Shown piece after piece: positions 47,575-57,473 of a stretch of DNA of 64,000 nucleotides; within the stretch, counting starts at the first letter, position 1; each line of letters starts with the position of its first letter. The notes beneath the pieces were generated by a model. The model saw only the letters and a list, made by a program, of their open reading frames with translations, was not told the DNA's origin and searched no databases. The position numbers and the translations under genes are program-made. The stretch spans positions 4,829 to 68,828 of the forward strand of contig DZDI01000001.1 in NCBI GenBank assembly GCA_022730455.1. Direction: 5' to 3'. This DNA comes from Phycisphaera mikurensis (GTDB lineage: Bacteria; Planctomycetota; Phycisphaerae; WQYP01).

Positions 47575-49112
47575 AAGGTGACCATCCACTCTTTGCCAAC
47601 CTGCCATCGTCTACGCCGGTACCGTCTCAATCATCCACTTTACCATTGTCAAAGAAGGCATCGGTCTTAGAGCCGACAGACGTGCCTCGGCGATCGGCTA
47701 CGATGACCGTATCTGAGGCGTGCGACCTGCTTGGTAATGTTATTGCCAACCTTACACCCTATCCCATCCAAATCCGTGGCGAAATAACCAATTGGAAAAT
47801 TGCTCGCAGCGGGCACGCCTACTTCTCCCTTCGCGATGATGAGGCCTCATTAGAGTGCATCATGTGGAGAGGCGAATTGGGCAAATTGACGTTCGCTCCC
47901 ATGGACGGAATGAAGATTGTCGCCAGCGGCCAGACGCGTTTTTACAAGCCGCGCGGACAGGTTAATTTTCATGCCGTCGGCATCTCACTCGAGGGGCGCG
48001 GAGAATTGGAGTTCCGCTACCGCGAGCTTTGCAACAGGCTCCTCGCTGAAGGTTTGTTTGCCGCCGGACGAAAAAAAAGTATCCCCCAATTTCCGATGCG
48101 CATCGGCTTGATTACCAGCAGTGTCGGCGACGCCCTGTTTGACGTTGTCACCACCGCACTGCGGCGTTTTCCGCCTCTGCAAATTATGTTTGCCCCGGCG
48201 CAGGTTCAAGGAGTTGATGCTGCCGCAGATATCTGCCGTGCTATCCATCTCATCAATGACAATATCGATACGCTGGGCCCGATAGACGCCATTTTATTGG
48301 TGCGTGGTGGGGGATCTCTGGAGGATTTGTGGGCATTCAATGATGAAACGCTCGCCCGCACCATCGCCGGAAGCCGCATCCCCATTGCTACCGGCATCGG
48401 CCATGAACCGGACCAGACCATTGCCGACTTGGTGGCTGATGTGGCGGGCCCCACGCCCACCGGTATCGCCCAGAAAACCGTGGGCGACATTACCGAAGTG
48501 GCTGAGAAATTAAATTATTGTGGCCAGCGAATGGCCGAGAAAACGATGCAATGCTTTGACGGCCGCAACCGCGATCTTGACGCTGCCGAAGAAAAAATGG
48601 AAGGGTATATTCTTCGCCGGATATCGGATATGCATCGTTTGCTGGACCGCCTGGGCCAGAAAATAAATTCCATTGAACCGTCGCGGCTTGCTGGTCAAAA
48701 GGCGATGGCCGTTGAAGCGATCCGAGAGCGACTTACGGACGCCATGCAGCGGCGTGTGGATGATTATCGGCCGCGGTTGGAGCAAATTAGAAATACAATC
48801 CATCATGCATCGCCAGCGATGTACGCGGCGCGACTATCCATGAAATTAGAGGTAGTCGCCCGTGATTTACCAGCGATTCTGCACGATCGCATTCGACAGA
48901 CGTCCGAGCTATGCCGTCATTTGGTACTGCGATTGAATGAATCGCACCCCGATAAAATTCTTCAGCGGGGTTTTTCCATCACAATGCTGGAGGATGGAAG
49001 CGTTCTTAAATCAGTCGTCGATGTGCTGCCCGGGTGTACACTGACCACTCGGCTGGCGGATGGGAGGTTGATAAGTGTGTTAAAGGCAATGGAACGGGGC
49101 GAACGGGTATGA
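47571..49112 (+). CDS. xseA: Exodeoxyribonuclease VII large subunit (alternative canonical start at 47700)
   Basis: OB-fold N-domain (IQIRGEITNWKIARSGHAYFSLRDD), catalytic core (LITSSVGDALFDV, LLVRGGGSLEDLWAFNDE, GIGHEPDQTIADLVADVAGPTP) and coiled-coil C-terminus; ORF start ATG overlaps cdaR stop (ATGA). Confidence 0.85.
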   Translation: MKGDHPLFANLPSSTPVPSQSSTLPLSKKASVLEPTDVPRRSATMTVSEACDLLGNVIANLTPYPIQIRGEITNWKIARSGHAYFSLRDDEASLECIMWRGELGKLTFAPMDGMKIVASGQTRFYKPRGQVNFHAVGISLEGRGELEFRYRELCNRLLAEGLFAAGRKKSIPQFPMRIGLITSSVGDALFDVVTTALRRFPPLQIMFAPAQVQGVDAAADICRAIHLINDNIDTLGPIDAILLVRGGGSLEDLWAFNDETLARTIAGSRIPIATGIGHEPDQTIADLVADVAGPTPTGIAQKTVGDITEVAEKLNYCGQRMAEKTMQCFDGRNRDLDAAEEKMEGYILRRISDMHRLLDRLGQKINSIEPSRLAGQKAMAVEAIRERLTDAMQRRVDDYRPRLEQIRNTIHHASPAMYAARLSMKLEVVARDLPAILHDRIRQTSELCRHLVLRLNESHPDKILQRGFSITMLEDGSVLKSVVDVLPGCTLTTRLADGRLISVLKAMERGERV

Positions 49113-49187
49113 TGGCGACGACTAAATGCCATCCGCGGGGGCGGCATCAGGTGTGGAGGTGCTTGTCACGAAAAACCACTGGAGAAT

Positions 49188-49448
49188 ATGATGGCCGAAA
49201 AGAAAAATGATGCTTTTAATCTCGAACGCACTTTGGATGAATTGGCGAAAATGACGGAGCAAATCAGTTCCGGTAAGGTGGGGTTGGAAGAGAGCCTGCA
49301 GCTTTATGAAAAAGGTATGCGTATGATTACACATTGCCGCACGTATCTGGATACCGCCGAATCTCGCATCAAAGTGATCGCACAAAATGCCGGCGGGCTG
49401 GATATCAAAGACGCCTCGGTGGGTGAACTCAAGGGCAGGCAATCCTGA
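49188..49448 (+). CDS. xseB: Exodeoxyribonuclease VII small subunit
   Basis: 86-aa helical protein with XseB pattern (LEESLQLYEKGMRMITHCRTYLDTAESRIKVI). Confidence 0.75.
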   Translation: MMAEKKNDAFNLERTLDELAKMTEQISSGKVGLEESLQLYEKGMRMITHCRTYLDTAESRIKVIAQNAGGLDIKDASVGELKGRQS

Positions 49449-49509
49449 TCGTTGTGGCTCAATCAAGGTGAAGTACATCCCATGGTGTGATGGAATTCCG
49501 GAGTGATCA

Positions 49510-50742
49510 ATGAACCAGAATCATCGCATGGACCACCAACCCATATCGGTTTGGGGAATGAATCTGGCCATTGGCTATCTCTTCGCTTTATCGATGGCGA
49601 TTCTTCTTGGCGCAATACTGTTGGGGCTCGCATTCTCCGCCGGAATCGTCAAGTCCATCGGAGACTTCGCTGATGGCAGTGTGGCTCTGGTGTTATGCCT
49701 GATAGCCGGCATTATTACCAGCGGCGTGGTTTTCAGTTTTGCGATGGCACTCACTGGAGTTAAATCGCAAGTGCTTCTGCTTTTGCACCTTACTAAGGCC
49801 GGCGATGGTGCTGACGTGCGCCTCGTATCGCTGGAGCAAGCCTTCCATGAACTGGGGGCAACCATAAAGAATATGCCATCGATGCCGCACGTGGCCGTGC
49901 AGCCGACGGTAGTTCATGATGCAGGTAAGGTCGCCAACCAAGGCGATCTGACTCAGTTATTGGCTGTGATGAATGACCTGCACGATACGCTGCTCATGGG
50001 AGAATCGGAAAAGGCCGCCGTCCTCAAACGTCGTATGGATCAGAAGCGTCGCATGCTGATGGAAAGATTCCGTCACCATCTTCGCCACGAAGAATGGAAG
50101 AATGCCCAAGCCATACTTCAGGATTTCAATCTCCTGCTTCCAGATGATCCGCAACAAAGAGAAATGAATGATGAATTAAGTTTTGCCCGCCAGCGCAAAA
50201 TTGATCTGGATCTCTCTGATGCGCAGGATCGCATTCGTGGCTGGATTAGCACCAACCGCTGGGAGATGGTTGAACCGCTGATTGCCAAACTGGAACTCCA
50301 ATATCCAGACGACACCGGCGTGGTGAATTACATTCAGCAGATACGGTACGAAATGCAGAGTTGGCATCAAGAGGTGCTGCAGAATCTGATTGGTCAACTC
50401 AAGGATGCGAGCGATCATCGCCAATGGCGGCGTGCGACATTGATCGCCCAGCAACTATTTGAAAAATACCCGGATGATAAATTAGTTGAAAAATTACGCA
50501 TGGAACTTCCTACGCTTCGCAAAAATGCCGACCTGCAGGAAGTAAAAGACCTCGAAACCCAATTCAAAGAATTACTCCAGCGTCGGCGATACGATGAAGC
50601 TTTTCCCATTGCGCAAAAAGTGATTGATGAGCATCCTGAAACGGCCGTCGCCACTGAACTCGTTAAAATGCTGCCCAAGCTGCAGGAATTGATGAAACAG
50701 GACAAACTGCGACGACAGGCTGAGCTTGGTCAACTGGGCTGA
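49510..50742 (+). CDS. Hypothetical membrane-anchored coiled-coil/TPR-like protein
   Basis: N-terminal 3 TM segments, then long alpha-helical region with recurring (Y/L)PDD motifs (LLLPDDPQQ, LQYPDDTGV, FEKYPDDKLV, DEHPETAV). Confidence 0.45.
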   Translation: MNQNHRMDHQPISVWGMNLAIGYLFALSMAILLGAILLGLAFSAGIVKSIGDFADGSVALVLCLIAGIITSGVVFSFAMALTGVKSQVLLLLHLTKAGDGADVRLVSLEQAFHELGATIKNMPSMPHVAVQPTVVHDAGKVANQGDLTQLLAVMNDLHDTLLMGESEKAAVLKRRMDQKRRMLMERFRHHLRHEEWKNAQAILQDFNLLLPDDPQQREMNDELSFARQRKIDLDLSDAQDRIRGWISTNRWEMVEPLIAKLELQYPDDTGVVNYIQQIRYEMQSWHQEVLQNLIGQLKDASDHRQWRRATLIAQQLFEKYPDDKLVEKLRMELPTLRKNADLQEVKDLETQFKELLQRRRYDEAFPIAQKVIDEHPETAVATELVKMLPKLQELMKQDKLRRQAELGQLG

Positions 50743-50800
50743 TTGCGTATCAACCACGTGATGATGTTGTTCCATGCGCCGTCAGCGCTCGTTGCACGGG

Positions 50801-53203
50801 TCATTGCAGAGGTGCGCGTCGCAATCGCAATGCATTGGTAATGACCGACACGGAACTAAAGCTCATGGCCGCCGCTGCAATCATGGGACTGAGCAAAATT
50901 CCGAAGAAGGGATATAAAACTCCCGCCGCAATGGGTACGCCGCACGCGTTATAAACAAATGCAAACACCAGATTCTGGCGTATATTACGCATGGTAGCCC
51001 GGCTGATTAATATGGCCTGAAGCACCTTGTGTAAATCTCCATGCAGCAGTGTCACACCGCTGCTGGAAATGGCTACGTCCGAACCGGATCCCATTGCGAT
51101 GCCAACATCTGCCGCGGCCAGCGCTGCCGCGTCATTAATACCATCGCCAATCATTGCGATCGTGAGGCCTTTTTCCCGTATCTGCTGGATATGTGCATGT
51201 TTGTCCGCTGGCAGCAGCTCGGCCTGGTATTGAGCTATCCCAACTTGTTCCGCCACATGTCTGGCGGTACCGGCGTTGTCGCCGGTCAGCATGATAACGT
51301 TTAACTTCAATTTTTTGAGTTCGCTTACGACCGCCGCAGCATCTTCGCGCAGAGGATCTGCCACACCAATTATCCCGCATATCTGTCCGTCTGTTGCCAG
51401 CAATATCACAGATTGACCATCTGTTTCGTACTTATCCAATTCCGCGCCCACCGGCGCGATATCCACATGGGCCTCATCCATCATGCGGCGATTACCCAAT
51501 AGCACTTTATGCCCCAATACCTCGCCACACACACCGCGACCGCTGACTGCCTGGAAATCCCGGCAATCGGGTATGACAAGGTGGCGACCATCGGCGGCCC
51601 GTAAAATGGCTGCCGCTAGAGGATGCTCACTGGCCTTCTCCATAGCCGCCGCCATAGCAAGCAGTTCAGATTCGCCATCGGCCTGAACCGACTTGGTGGA
51701 CACTACTTCGGGGCGGCCACGCGTCAATGTGCCCGTCTTATCCAACGCAATAGTGTCAACGCGGCTGAGCGCTTCGAGGGCCTCAGCATTGCGAATTAAA
51801 ATCCCATGACGGGCGGACCTGCCAATGCCGACCACAATCGACACCGGGGTGGCCAACCCCAGCGCACACGGACAGGCAATAAGCAATACCGCCACCGCGT
51901 TGACTAAGCCATAAACGGCGGCCGGACTTGGGCCCCATATCAGCCAAGCGATAAAGGTGACAATGGCAACCGTGACCACGGCTGGCACAAAAACTCCCGC
52001 TACTCGATCGGCCAATTTTTGCACCGGCGCGCGGCTTCGCTGCGCTTCACTGACCAAATTGATAATCTGAGAAAGTGTTGTTTCGGTCCCGACGCGCTCA
52101 GCCTTCATCACCAGCGCCCCATTGCCATTGATAGCACCGCCCGTCACCGTGGCGCCGATTCCTTTTACGACCGGTGTGGGTTCGCCGGTTAACATCGATT
52201 CATCTACGGTGCTGCGGCCGTCGATCACGACGCCATCCGCGGGTATTTTCTCTCCGGGCCGGACTCGCAGTAGATCACCCCGCGTCAGGGCATCAATGTG
52301 AACATCGGATTCTGATCCATCCGGGGCGACTCGGCGTGCGGTTTTGGGTGCCAGCAATAAGAGTTCACTCATCGCCGCACCGGTTTTTCTGCGAGCCCGC
52401 AGTTCCAGTACCTGTCCCAACAGTACCAATGCGGTGATTACCGCTGCCGCTTCGAAATAGATGTGCACAAGACCGCTGTGATTCTGAAAATGTTTTGGAA
52501 ACCAGCCCGGTGCCAGCATGCCAATCAGACTGTAGCTGTACGCCACGCCGACACCCATGGCAATTAATGTAAACATATTGAGATTCAATGTGCGTATGGA
52601 TCGCCAGCCGCGGACAAAAAATGGCCAACCAGCCCACCACACCACAGGCGTGGCCAGCAGGAACAGCAACCCCTGCAGCCACCGCGCTTGATTCAAATGG
52701 GCCACGTGGCCATCAGCCAGCATCGACAGGACCACAATCGGAATCGCCAATACCACTGAAACCACAAGTCTTCGCACCATATCGCGGTATTCAGAATCAT
52801 CCTGCTCGTCATCTGCAGATGGAGACATGGGTTCCAAGGCCATCCCGCATTTTGGGCATGGTCCGGGTGCGGTTGATTTAATTTCCAGATCCATCGGGCA
52901 GGTGTAATATTTGACGCGCGTGGCATCAGCAACATTGCCTTGTTGGGCGTGAAATCGTGCCTCTGATGCCGCCATACCGTGGCCAGCTAAGCTTGCGGTT
53001 GTGTCTTGATTCGATTTTTGAAGAAACGATCCCGGGTTTACCTTGAATTTCTCCAGACAGCTTTTGCCACAGAAATAGTAGGTGTGACCGTCGTATGAAT
53101 GGCTGCCCGCACATTTTTGCGGGTTTACCTTCATGCCACAAACCGGGTCAAGAGCCATATGAGCCTGTTCATGCTGGTCTCGATTCAACAGGTCAATTTT
53201 CAT
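50801..53203 (-). CDS. copA: Cu(I)/Ag(I)-translocating P1B-1-type ATPase with N-terminal TRASH/YHS and YTCPM-type metal-binding heads
   Basis: [18 protein letters not shown] (TRASH), [29 protein letters not shown]6 CPC ([12 protein letters not shown]), DKTGTLT, GDGINDAPAL, Cu-type TM7/8 residues (VYNACG..., [15 protein letters not shown]). Confidence 0.85.
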   Translation of the reverse strand: MKIDLLNRDQHEQAHMALDPVCGMKVNPQKCAGSHSYDGHTYYFCGKSCLEKFKVNPGSFLQKSNQDTTASLAGHGMAASEARFHAQQGNVADATRVKYYTCPMDLEIKSTAPGPCPKCGMALEPMSPSADDEQDDSEYRDMVRRLVVSVVLAIPIVVLSMLADGHVAHLNQARWLQGLLFLLATPVVWWAGWPFFVRGWRSIRTLNLNMFTLIAMGVGVAYSYSLIGMLAPGWFPKHFQNHSGLVHIYFEAAAVITALVLLGQVLELRARRKTGAAMSELLLLAPKTARRVAPDGSESDVHIDALTRGDLLRVRPGEKIPADGVVIDGRSTVDESMLTGEPTPVVKGIGATVTGGAINGNGALVMKAERVGTETTLSQIINLVSEAQRSRAPVQKLADRVAGVFVPAVVTVAIVTFIAWLIWGPSPAAVYGLVNAVAVLLIACPCALGLATPVSIVVGIGRSARHGILIRNAEALEALSRVDTIALDKTGTLTRGRPEVVSTKSVQADGESELLAMAAAMEKASEHPLAAAILRAADGRHLVIPDCRDFQAVSGRGVCGEVLGHKVLLGNRRMMDEAHVDIAPVGAELDKYETDGQSVILLATDGQICGIIGVADPLREDAAAVVSELKKLKLNVIMLTGDNAGTARHVAEQVGIAQYQAELLPADKHAHIQQIREKGLTIAMIGDGINDAAALAAADVGIAMGSGSDVAISSSGVTLLHGDLHKVLQAILISRATMRNIRQNLVFAFVYNACGVPIAAGVLYPFFGILLSPMIAAAAMSFSSVSVITNALRLRRAPLQ

Positions 53204-53266
53204 GGTGCAATATCCTGCCTTTCATTCGGTCACTTTACAACTTCAGATATGGGTTAGCAATTCCAT

Positions 53267-53494
53267 CTAAACGGTTCTAAATGGTGCAATCCGCGCTCGG
53301 GATAGAATGGGAAAAAAACCCGCCGGCACCCTCCGACCTCCCACACTTTTGGCGCGGACTTCGACCGACGCGTCCCTCATATCCAGGACGCTGACCTCGC
53401 CTGATGGGCGGAGCTCCTCGTTAATCAGTGCAATGGCGTCCGCACAGGCGGGATAGCCGGCGATGAATCCTTCGATCTTCCGTTTCGTGTTCAT
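53267..53494 (-). CDS. Small hypothetical protein (75 aa) in metal operon
   Basis: Starts (MNTKRK) directly after the stop of the Trx-MerC gene; Cys-containing (FIAGYPACADA); listed ORF extends to 53575. Confidence 0.3.
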   Translation of the reverse strand: MNTKRKIEGFIAGYPACADAIALINEELRPSGEVSVLDMRDASVEVRAKSVGGRRVPAGFFPILSRARIAPFRTV

Positions 53495-54240
53495 AGGGAC
53501 ACGCCTCCGCCGGGAGCACATGCAGAACAACTGCCGCCGCTCACGCCGGTCGTTTTCCGCGGCCAAGCGTTCCAAATGGATGCGACCACCAGCAGTACCA
53601 TCCCGCTACCGATCGTCGCATCCGACACCAAGATGAATTTGCCAACGAGCACAGCCGCCGCGGCGGCCAAGCCAAGTGCGCAGGGGGCATACCCTCGGCG
53701 CGACTTGGCACGGAATGCCAGCGCGCCGACCGCGACCAGCAGAAGCAGGACGGTCACCGGCAGCAGATAGTCCGTCTTCAACAGAAATCCAAGCCCCAAA
53801 GTGCTTAGCACCCCAGCGTAGACGGGCCAGCAGGCGGGACACACCCCAACCGGCAGCAGCGTCGCGCCGACCGCGGGCAGCACCACCAAGGAACTCAGCC
53901 CGCGAGGACTCAGCGCAGAGATGCCCGGCGACGCAGACGCCCCGGCGGCCTCAATAATGGCCTTCTCGATCATGTCGACACCCGGCATGTTCGCGCCGCT
54001 GAATGTCCGACAACCGAATCCATAACTGGCCTCGACGCGCTGCGCTGGATCGATGTCTTGTCCGTCGATCAGCACAGTCGGCGATCCGATGAACTTCATC
54101 GCGACCGGATCGTCGTCTTGTGTCAGCTTGACCTCCCGGATGTCCGCGATGACGCCAAGCCGACTGACGGTCTGCTTAACACGTTCAAGCGTGGGCCGGT
54201 GGTTGGGGCAGCCGTCGAAATAGAGCACTTCGATATTCAT
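53491..54240 (-). CDS. Fusion of N-terminal thioredoxin-like (FDGCPNH) domain and MerC-like heavy-metal transporter membrane domain
   Basis: N-term MNIEVLYFDGCPNHRPTL..; membrane part GVCPACWPVYAGVLSTLGLGFLL parallels MerC TM1 (GCAACFPALASFGAAIGLGFL) and ends in a Cys-rich cytoplasmic tail SCSACAPGG; start codon overlaps merR stop (ATGA). Confidence 0.5.
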   Translation of the reverse strand: MNIEVLYFDGCPNHRPTLERVKQTVSRLGVIADIREVKLTQDDDPVAMKFIGSPTVLIDGQDIDPAQRVEASYGFGCRTFSGANMPGVDMIEKAIIEAAGASASPGISALSPRGLSSLVVLPAVGATLLPVGVCPACWPVYAGVLSTLGLGFLLKTDYLLPVTVLLLLVAVGALAFRAKSRRGYAPCALGLAAAAAVLVGKFILVSDATIGSGMVLLVVASIWNAWPRKTTGVSGGSCSACAPGGGVSL

Positions 54241-54656
54241 GATGATTCTCCCTCATGGGATTCCAGGGCTTTGAGAATGGGACACTCCTCGGTGGGGCGG
54301 CCGCGTTTACAGTCGCGGGTCAATCCGGCAAGTGTGCGGCGCATCTTTCGGAGTTTGCGGATACGTTCATCGATGTCGCTGATTTTGGCCTCAGCCAGTT
54401 CAAACACCTCGTCGCATCGACTATCGGGTTCAAACCGCAAGTCAAGCAGCTCCCCGATCTCACGCAGGGTAAAGCCAAGTGCCTTCGCGTGACGGATGAA
54501 GCGGATGCGGTCTACCACCGTTGGTTCATACTGCCGATAACCGGATGCTCGTCGGGCAGGTTCTTTAATCAGTCCTTCTCGCTCATAGAAGCGTATGGTT
54601 TCCACACCGACGCCCGCCTGAGTTGCCACTTTTCCAATTGTAAACATCGCCATCAT
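54237..54656 (-). CDS. merR: MerR-family heavy-metal-responsive regulator with Hg/Pb/Cd-type Cys triad
   Basis: HTH (FTIGKVATQAGVGVETIRFYEREGL), coiled coil, Cys81/Cys116/Cys125 with spacings 35 and 9 as in Tn21/Tn501 MerR (C79/C114/C123) and PbrR/CadR; not CueR-like (C-x7-C) or ZntR-like (CC). Confidence 0.75.
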   Translation of the reverse strand: MMAMFTIGKVATQAGVGVETIRFYEREGLIKEPARRASGYRQYEPTVVDRIRFIRHAKALGFTLREIGELLDLRFEPDSRCDEVFELAEAKISDIDERIRKLRKMRRTLAGLTRDCKRGRPTEECPILKALESHEGESS

Positions 54657-54670
54657 CGTTCTCCGTCGTC

Positions 54671-54703
54671 ATTCTACACCCCGTACCATACTACGGAGTC
54701 AAG
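54671..54703 (-). promoter_or_regulatory. MerR-type promoter/operator: -35 TTGACT, 20-bp spacer containing dyad CCGTA-N6-TACGG, -10 TAGAAT
   Basis: Minus-strand reading TTGACTCCGTAGTATGGTACGGGGTGTAGAAT then GACGGAG SD and merR ATG; near-identical to Tn501 merOP TTGACTCCGTACATGAGTACGGAAGTAAGGT. Confidence 0.65.
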
Positions 54704-54811
54704 GTGTGTGGTTGAGAACTTTACGCGACGGGCCGCCCGTTGATGCCGGATTGGCATTGAGTACGACCTAATCATTGCACGCAAACTATGGGCAGATATG
54801 CCAGATGAACG

Positions 54812-55672
54812 TCACGGCACTGATGCCATTGACACCAGACCCGCGAAAGTGCCGAGCGGAATTTTACGATCGGTGATACCCTGCCGAACGGCCCGAGAGG
54901 TGGCACCCTGCCACTCTATTTCACGTTCGGCCACCAGCCGCGTTGAATTCGCAGGTAAACCCTCCGCTTGGCCGGGGTGGATCATGATTTCACCTTTGCC
55001 GGAAGGCAAGCGATCTAAAATCGCCAGCCAATGTTGTTCACTAAACGCACCCGTGGCCGCCAGACCATAGAACCAGTCGGTCGTTTGCAGACCCGCCCGC
55101 GCCAGCTTTTTAGCTAATTGGTACGCCAAAGTCACCAACAGTCGATATCCCAAGCCGCTTCGGATGATGCCCAGTCTTGTTTCGCGTGCACACCGAATAG
55201 CCGGTATGTTGTACTCTCTGGCCAGTTCAATCGCGATATCCTGCAGTACAGGCCAGTGGTGAATATGCTTATGGCTATCCAAGTGGGTGGGTTTAAGCCC
55301 CAATCCCATGGCGAATTCAATTTGAGCCCGCCACTCACACCGCGCCTCATTTCGCGCCTCTTTGCTAAATTGCAGTTTCCGAATAAGTTGCGGCACAGAC
55401 TGATCCAGTACAGATGGCAGGCCCATGCCGGACGGCTTGGCTAGGACCCGCACCATCTTTGACAGGGGGGTACCCTGGGTCAGGCAAAGATGGATACCCA
55501 CGCCGAGGTTCGGCACAGCGGCCGCCAGAGATGCAGCTCGTGCCGCGTCGGGCATGGTGCACATGAGCGTGGTGCTGGTTAATATTCCGCGGTGATGACA
55601 ATCGATGATGGCATCGGTGACGCCTGGCGAAAATCCAAAATCATCCGCATTAACAATTATTGATGTCGGCAC
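54812..55672 (-). CDS. YdjC/ChbG-family carbohydrate deacetylase
   Basis: N-terminus MPTSIIVNADDFGFSPGVTDAIIDCHHRGILTSTTLM (YdjC signature incl. catalytic Asp and His), 286 aa. Confidence 0.8.
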   Translation of the reverse strand: MPTSIIVNADDFGFSPGVTDAIIDCHHRGILTSTTLMCTMPDAARAASLAAAVPNLGVGIHLCLTQGTPLSKMVRVLAKPSGMGLPSVLDQSVPQLIRKLQFSKEARNEARCEWRAQIEFAMGLGLKPTHLDSHKHIHHWPVLQDIAIELAREYNIPAIRCARETRLGIIRSGLGYRLLVTLAYQLAKKLARAGLQTTDWFYGLAATGAFSEQHWLAILDRLPSGKGEIMIHPGQAEGLPANSTRLVAEREIEWQGATSRAVRQGITDRKIPLGTFAGLVSMASVP

Positions 55673-55693
55673 CTTTGTATTTTCGTGCCCTTT

Positions 55694-56386
55694 TCATCGT
55701 CCCGCAACCGGTCGGTATATTTCCACCATGAGTAACTTTCGTCCCCAATGCTGTGCCTGCCACAGTGTCGGTGAAAGCACATCCAATCGATATCCTTTGA
55801 TCGCGCCCCCGCGGTCTAACACCGGCACCGGCTGATCGCCATCATACCCCGGCACACGCACCATCATTCCCATCGGAATCAAACGCGTATCGGCAGCCAC
55901 CAGATGGCCATCATTTGTCTTGACGCTTTTGCCCGATGCCGTGGTTGTGCCCGGATAGGGCCAACAGCAGTATCGATCTGGTGCATAACTGGTGACGACC
56001 AGACGTAGGTGCTCCCAGGGCACAAAATAACGGCCGTGATACCAAAAACCTCGCTTGACCACGGGCGCAGGTACCGGAGGACTAAAAACTTGCCGACGTG
56101 GTGCTATTGGTGCTGCAGGCTCCCCCGGTTTACTCCGATCTGCGGCAACCTGCCCTTCAGACGGCTGGACGGTCTGACTGCCCACCGGTCTGAGCATCGA
56201 CTGTGGTGTGCCATGATTTGTTGGGCTGACGATCTCTGCGCTCGCTAAGAGACGCGGAATATGCCCCATGCGCCAAAACAAGCTCAATCCCAGAAATAAC
56301 AGAACAAGCAGCCCCATCAAGGCCCCAAGTTCCCATAATTCGCCACGGTTGAGATGCCGTGATCGCCGCATGTCGCAAATCTCCAA
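55694..56386 (-). CDS. Membrane-anchored 3D-domain protein (MltA-like/YabE-like cell-wall binding/lytic module)
   Basis: N-terminal TM anchor, Pro-rich linker, C-terminal 3D domain with the three Asp-containing blocks (YCCWPYPGTTTASGKSV..GHLVAADTRLIPMGMMVRVPGYDG..VLDRGGAIKGYRLDVL). Confidence 0.65.
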   Translation of the reverse strand: MEICDMRRSRHLNRGELWELGALMGLLVLLFLGLSLFWRMGHIPRLLASAEIVSPTNHGTPQSMLRPVGSQTVQPSEGQVAADRSKPGEPAAPIAPRRQVFSPPVPAPVVKRGFWYHGRYFVPWEHLRLVVTSYAPDRYCCWPYPGTTTASGKSVKTNDGHLVAADTRLIPMGMMVRVPGYDGDQPVPVLDRGGAIKGYRLDVLSPTLWQAQHWGRKLLMVEIYRPVAGR

Positions 56387-56781
56387 GAGACACTATTTGC
56401 GTCCGTGCGTCCATCAGCCGTCCATGGCAATGCCAATTCATGTTCTTCTCTATCAAAGGCTGAACACCACTTAAGTTCGATCCAGTTACCAAGACTCTGA
56501 GAAGTGTTCACCCACTTGCGAGTATTCTACCCGCCAGCCACGGTTAAAACAAAGCGAAACAAGGCCAGAAAACATGTTATAGGCCCCAACGATGGCGTAA
56601 ATCACCATTATGAGAATAACAACATCATAAACATGAATTATTTTGTCGTTATAGTTGTTATAAAATGCCGCCTCGGATGCTGCACTGCGACCTTTCTGCG
56701 TAATGGCGGTTTGCGTCAGAATGGTTGGTTGTGGCGAAGCGATGCTATGGCGCCACGCCTATTTGACAGAGCACTACTGCC

Positions 56782-57456
56782 TCACTCCATTTGAATTACC
56801 GGGTATAATCGGCGGAGTTTGATTCGGGCGTCGGCCGTTCGGAATTGCCAATTAACTTTTTTAGTGCGATTATTGCGGTCGGCATTCCAGATGGAGATTC
56901 TCGCACGTAAGGTACTTTCATCGGGGATGCGATCGGCCAAGCATTGCTTCTGCATGACGCTGAGTTCGCACTCAGCCATGTTGAGCCAACTGCCATGTTT
57001 GGGCGTATGAACCACTTCGATTTTCTGCATGATCCTTCGCGCTTCTTCCGGATCAAATGCCTCGTACAGGCTGCTCATACGGTGGGTATTGAGGTTGTCC
57101 ATCACCAGTGTAATGCTAGGAACCTGCGGGTAAAGCTCATCGACCAGCATTTTCATCTGGCCAGCAAAGTCGAGCTTGGTCCTACGCGGCGTGACCGTCA
57201 CGTGCCGCTGCCCAGCCAACGGTTCGCTCAGCATAAACAAATTCGCCGTACCATGGCGTACGTACTCGTAGTCGCAACGCTCCGGCTGACCGGGGGCGGC
57301 GGGGATCGGCGTGGTGATTTCCCCCACCAATTGCTTGCCCTGCTCATCGAAACATACCACGGGATACTGCGGATCATACGGACGCTTGTATACCTCCAGC
57401 ACATTTTCCATGGCGCAGACAAATTCCGCGTTCTGCCGCGGGGGAATGCACCACAT
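56782..57456 (-). CDS. IS630-family transposase OrfB (DDE_3 catalytic domain); probably expressed as OrfAB fusion by -1 frameshift
   Basis: DDE_3 blocks (VVCFDEQGKQL, ..VMDNLNTHR.., ..HTPKHGSWLNMAECE..); -1 frame opens right at the A7 run of orfA (L K K then N E I K P W Q Q K M W...). Confidence 0.7.
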   Translation of the reverse strand: MWCIPPRQNAEFVCAMENVLEVYKRPYDPQYPVVCFDEQGKQLVGEITTPIPAAPGQPERCDYEYVRHGTANLFMLSEPLAGQRHVTVTPRRTKLDFAGQMKMLVDELYPQVPSITLVMDNLNTHRMSSLYEAFDPEEARRIMQKIEVVHTPKHGSWLNMAECELSVMQKQCLADRIPDESTLRARISIWNADRNNRTKKVNWQFRTADARIKLRRLYPVIQME

Positions 57457-57473
57457 CTTCTGCTGCCAGGGCT

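Noticed and set aside
56504-56794. 96-aa ORF and a 41-aa antisense ORF in the AT-rich stretch left of the IS element
   Set aside because: Low-complexity (N/I/V-rich) translation from locally AT-rich DNA; more likely intergenic insertion target than genes
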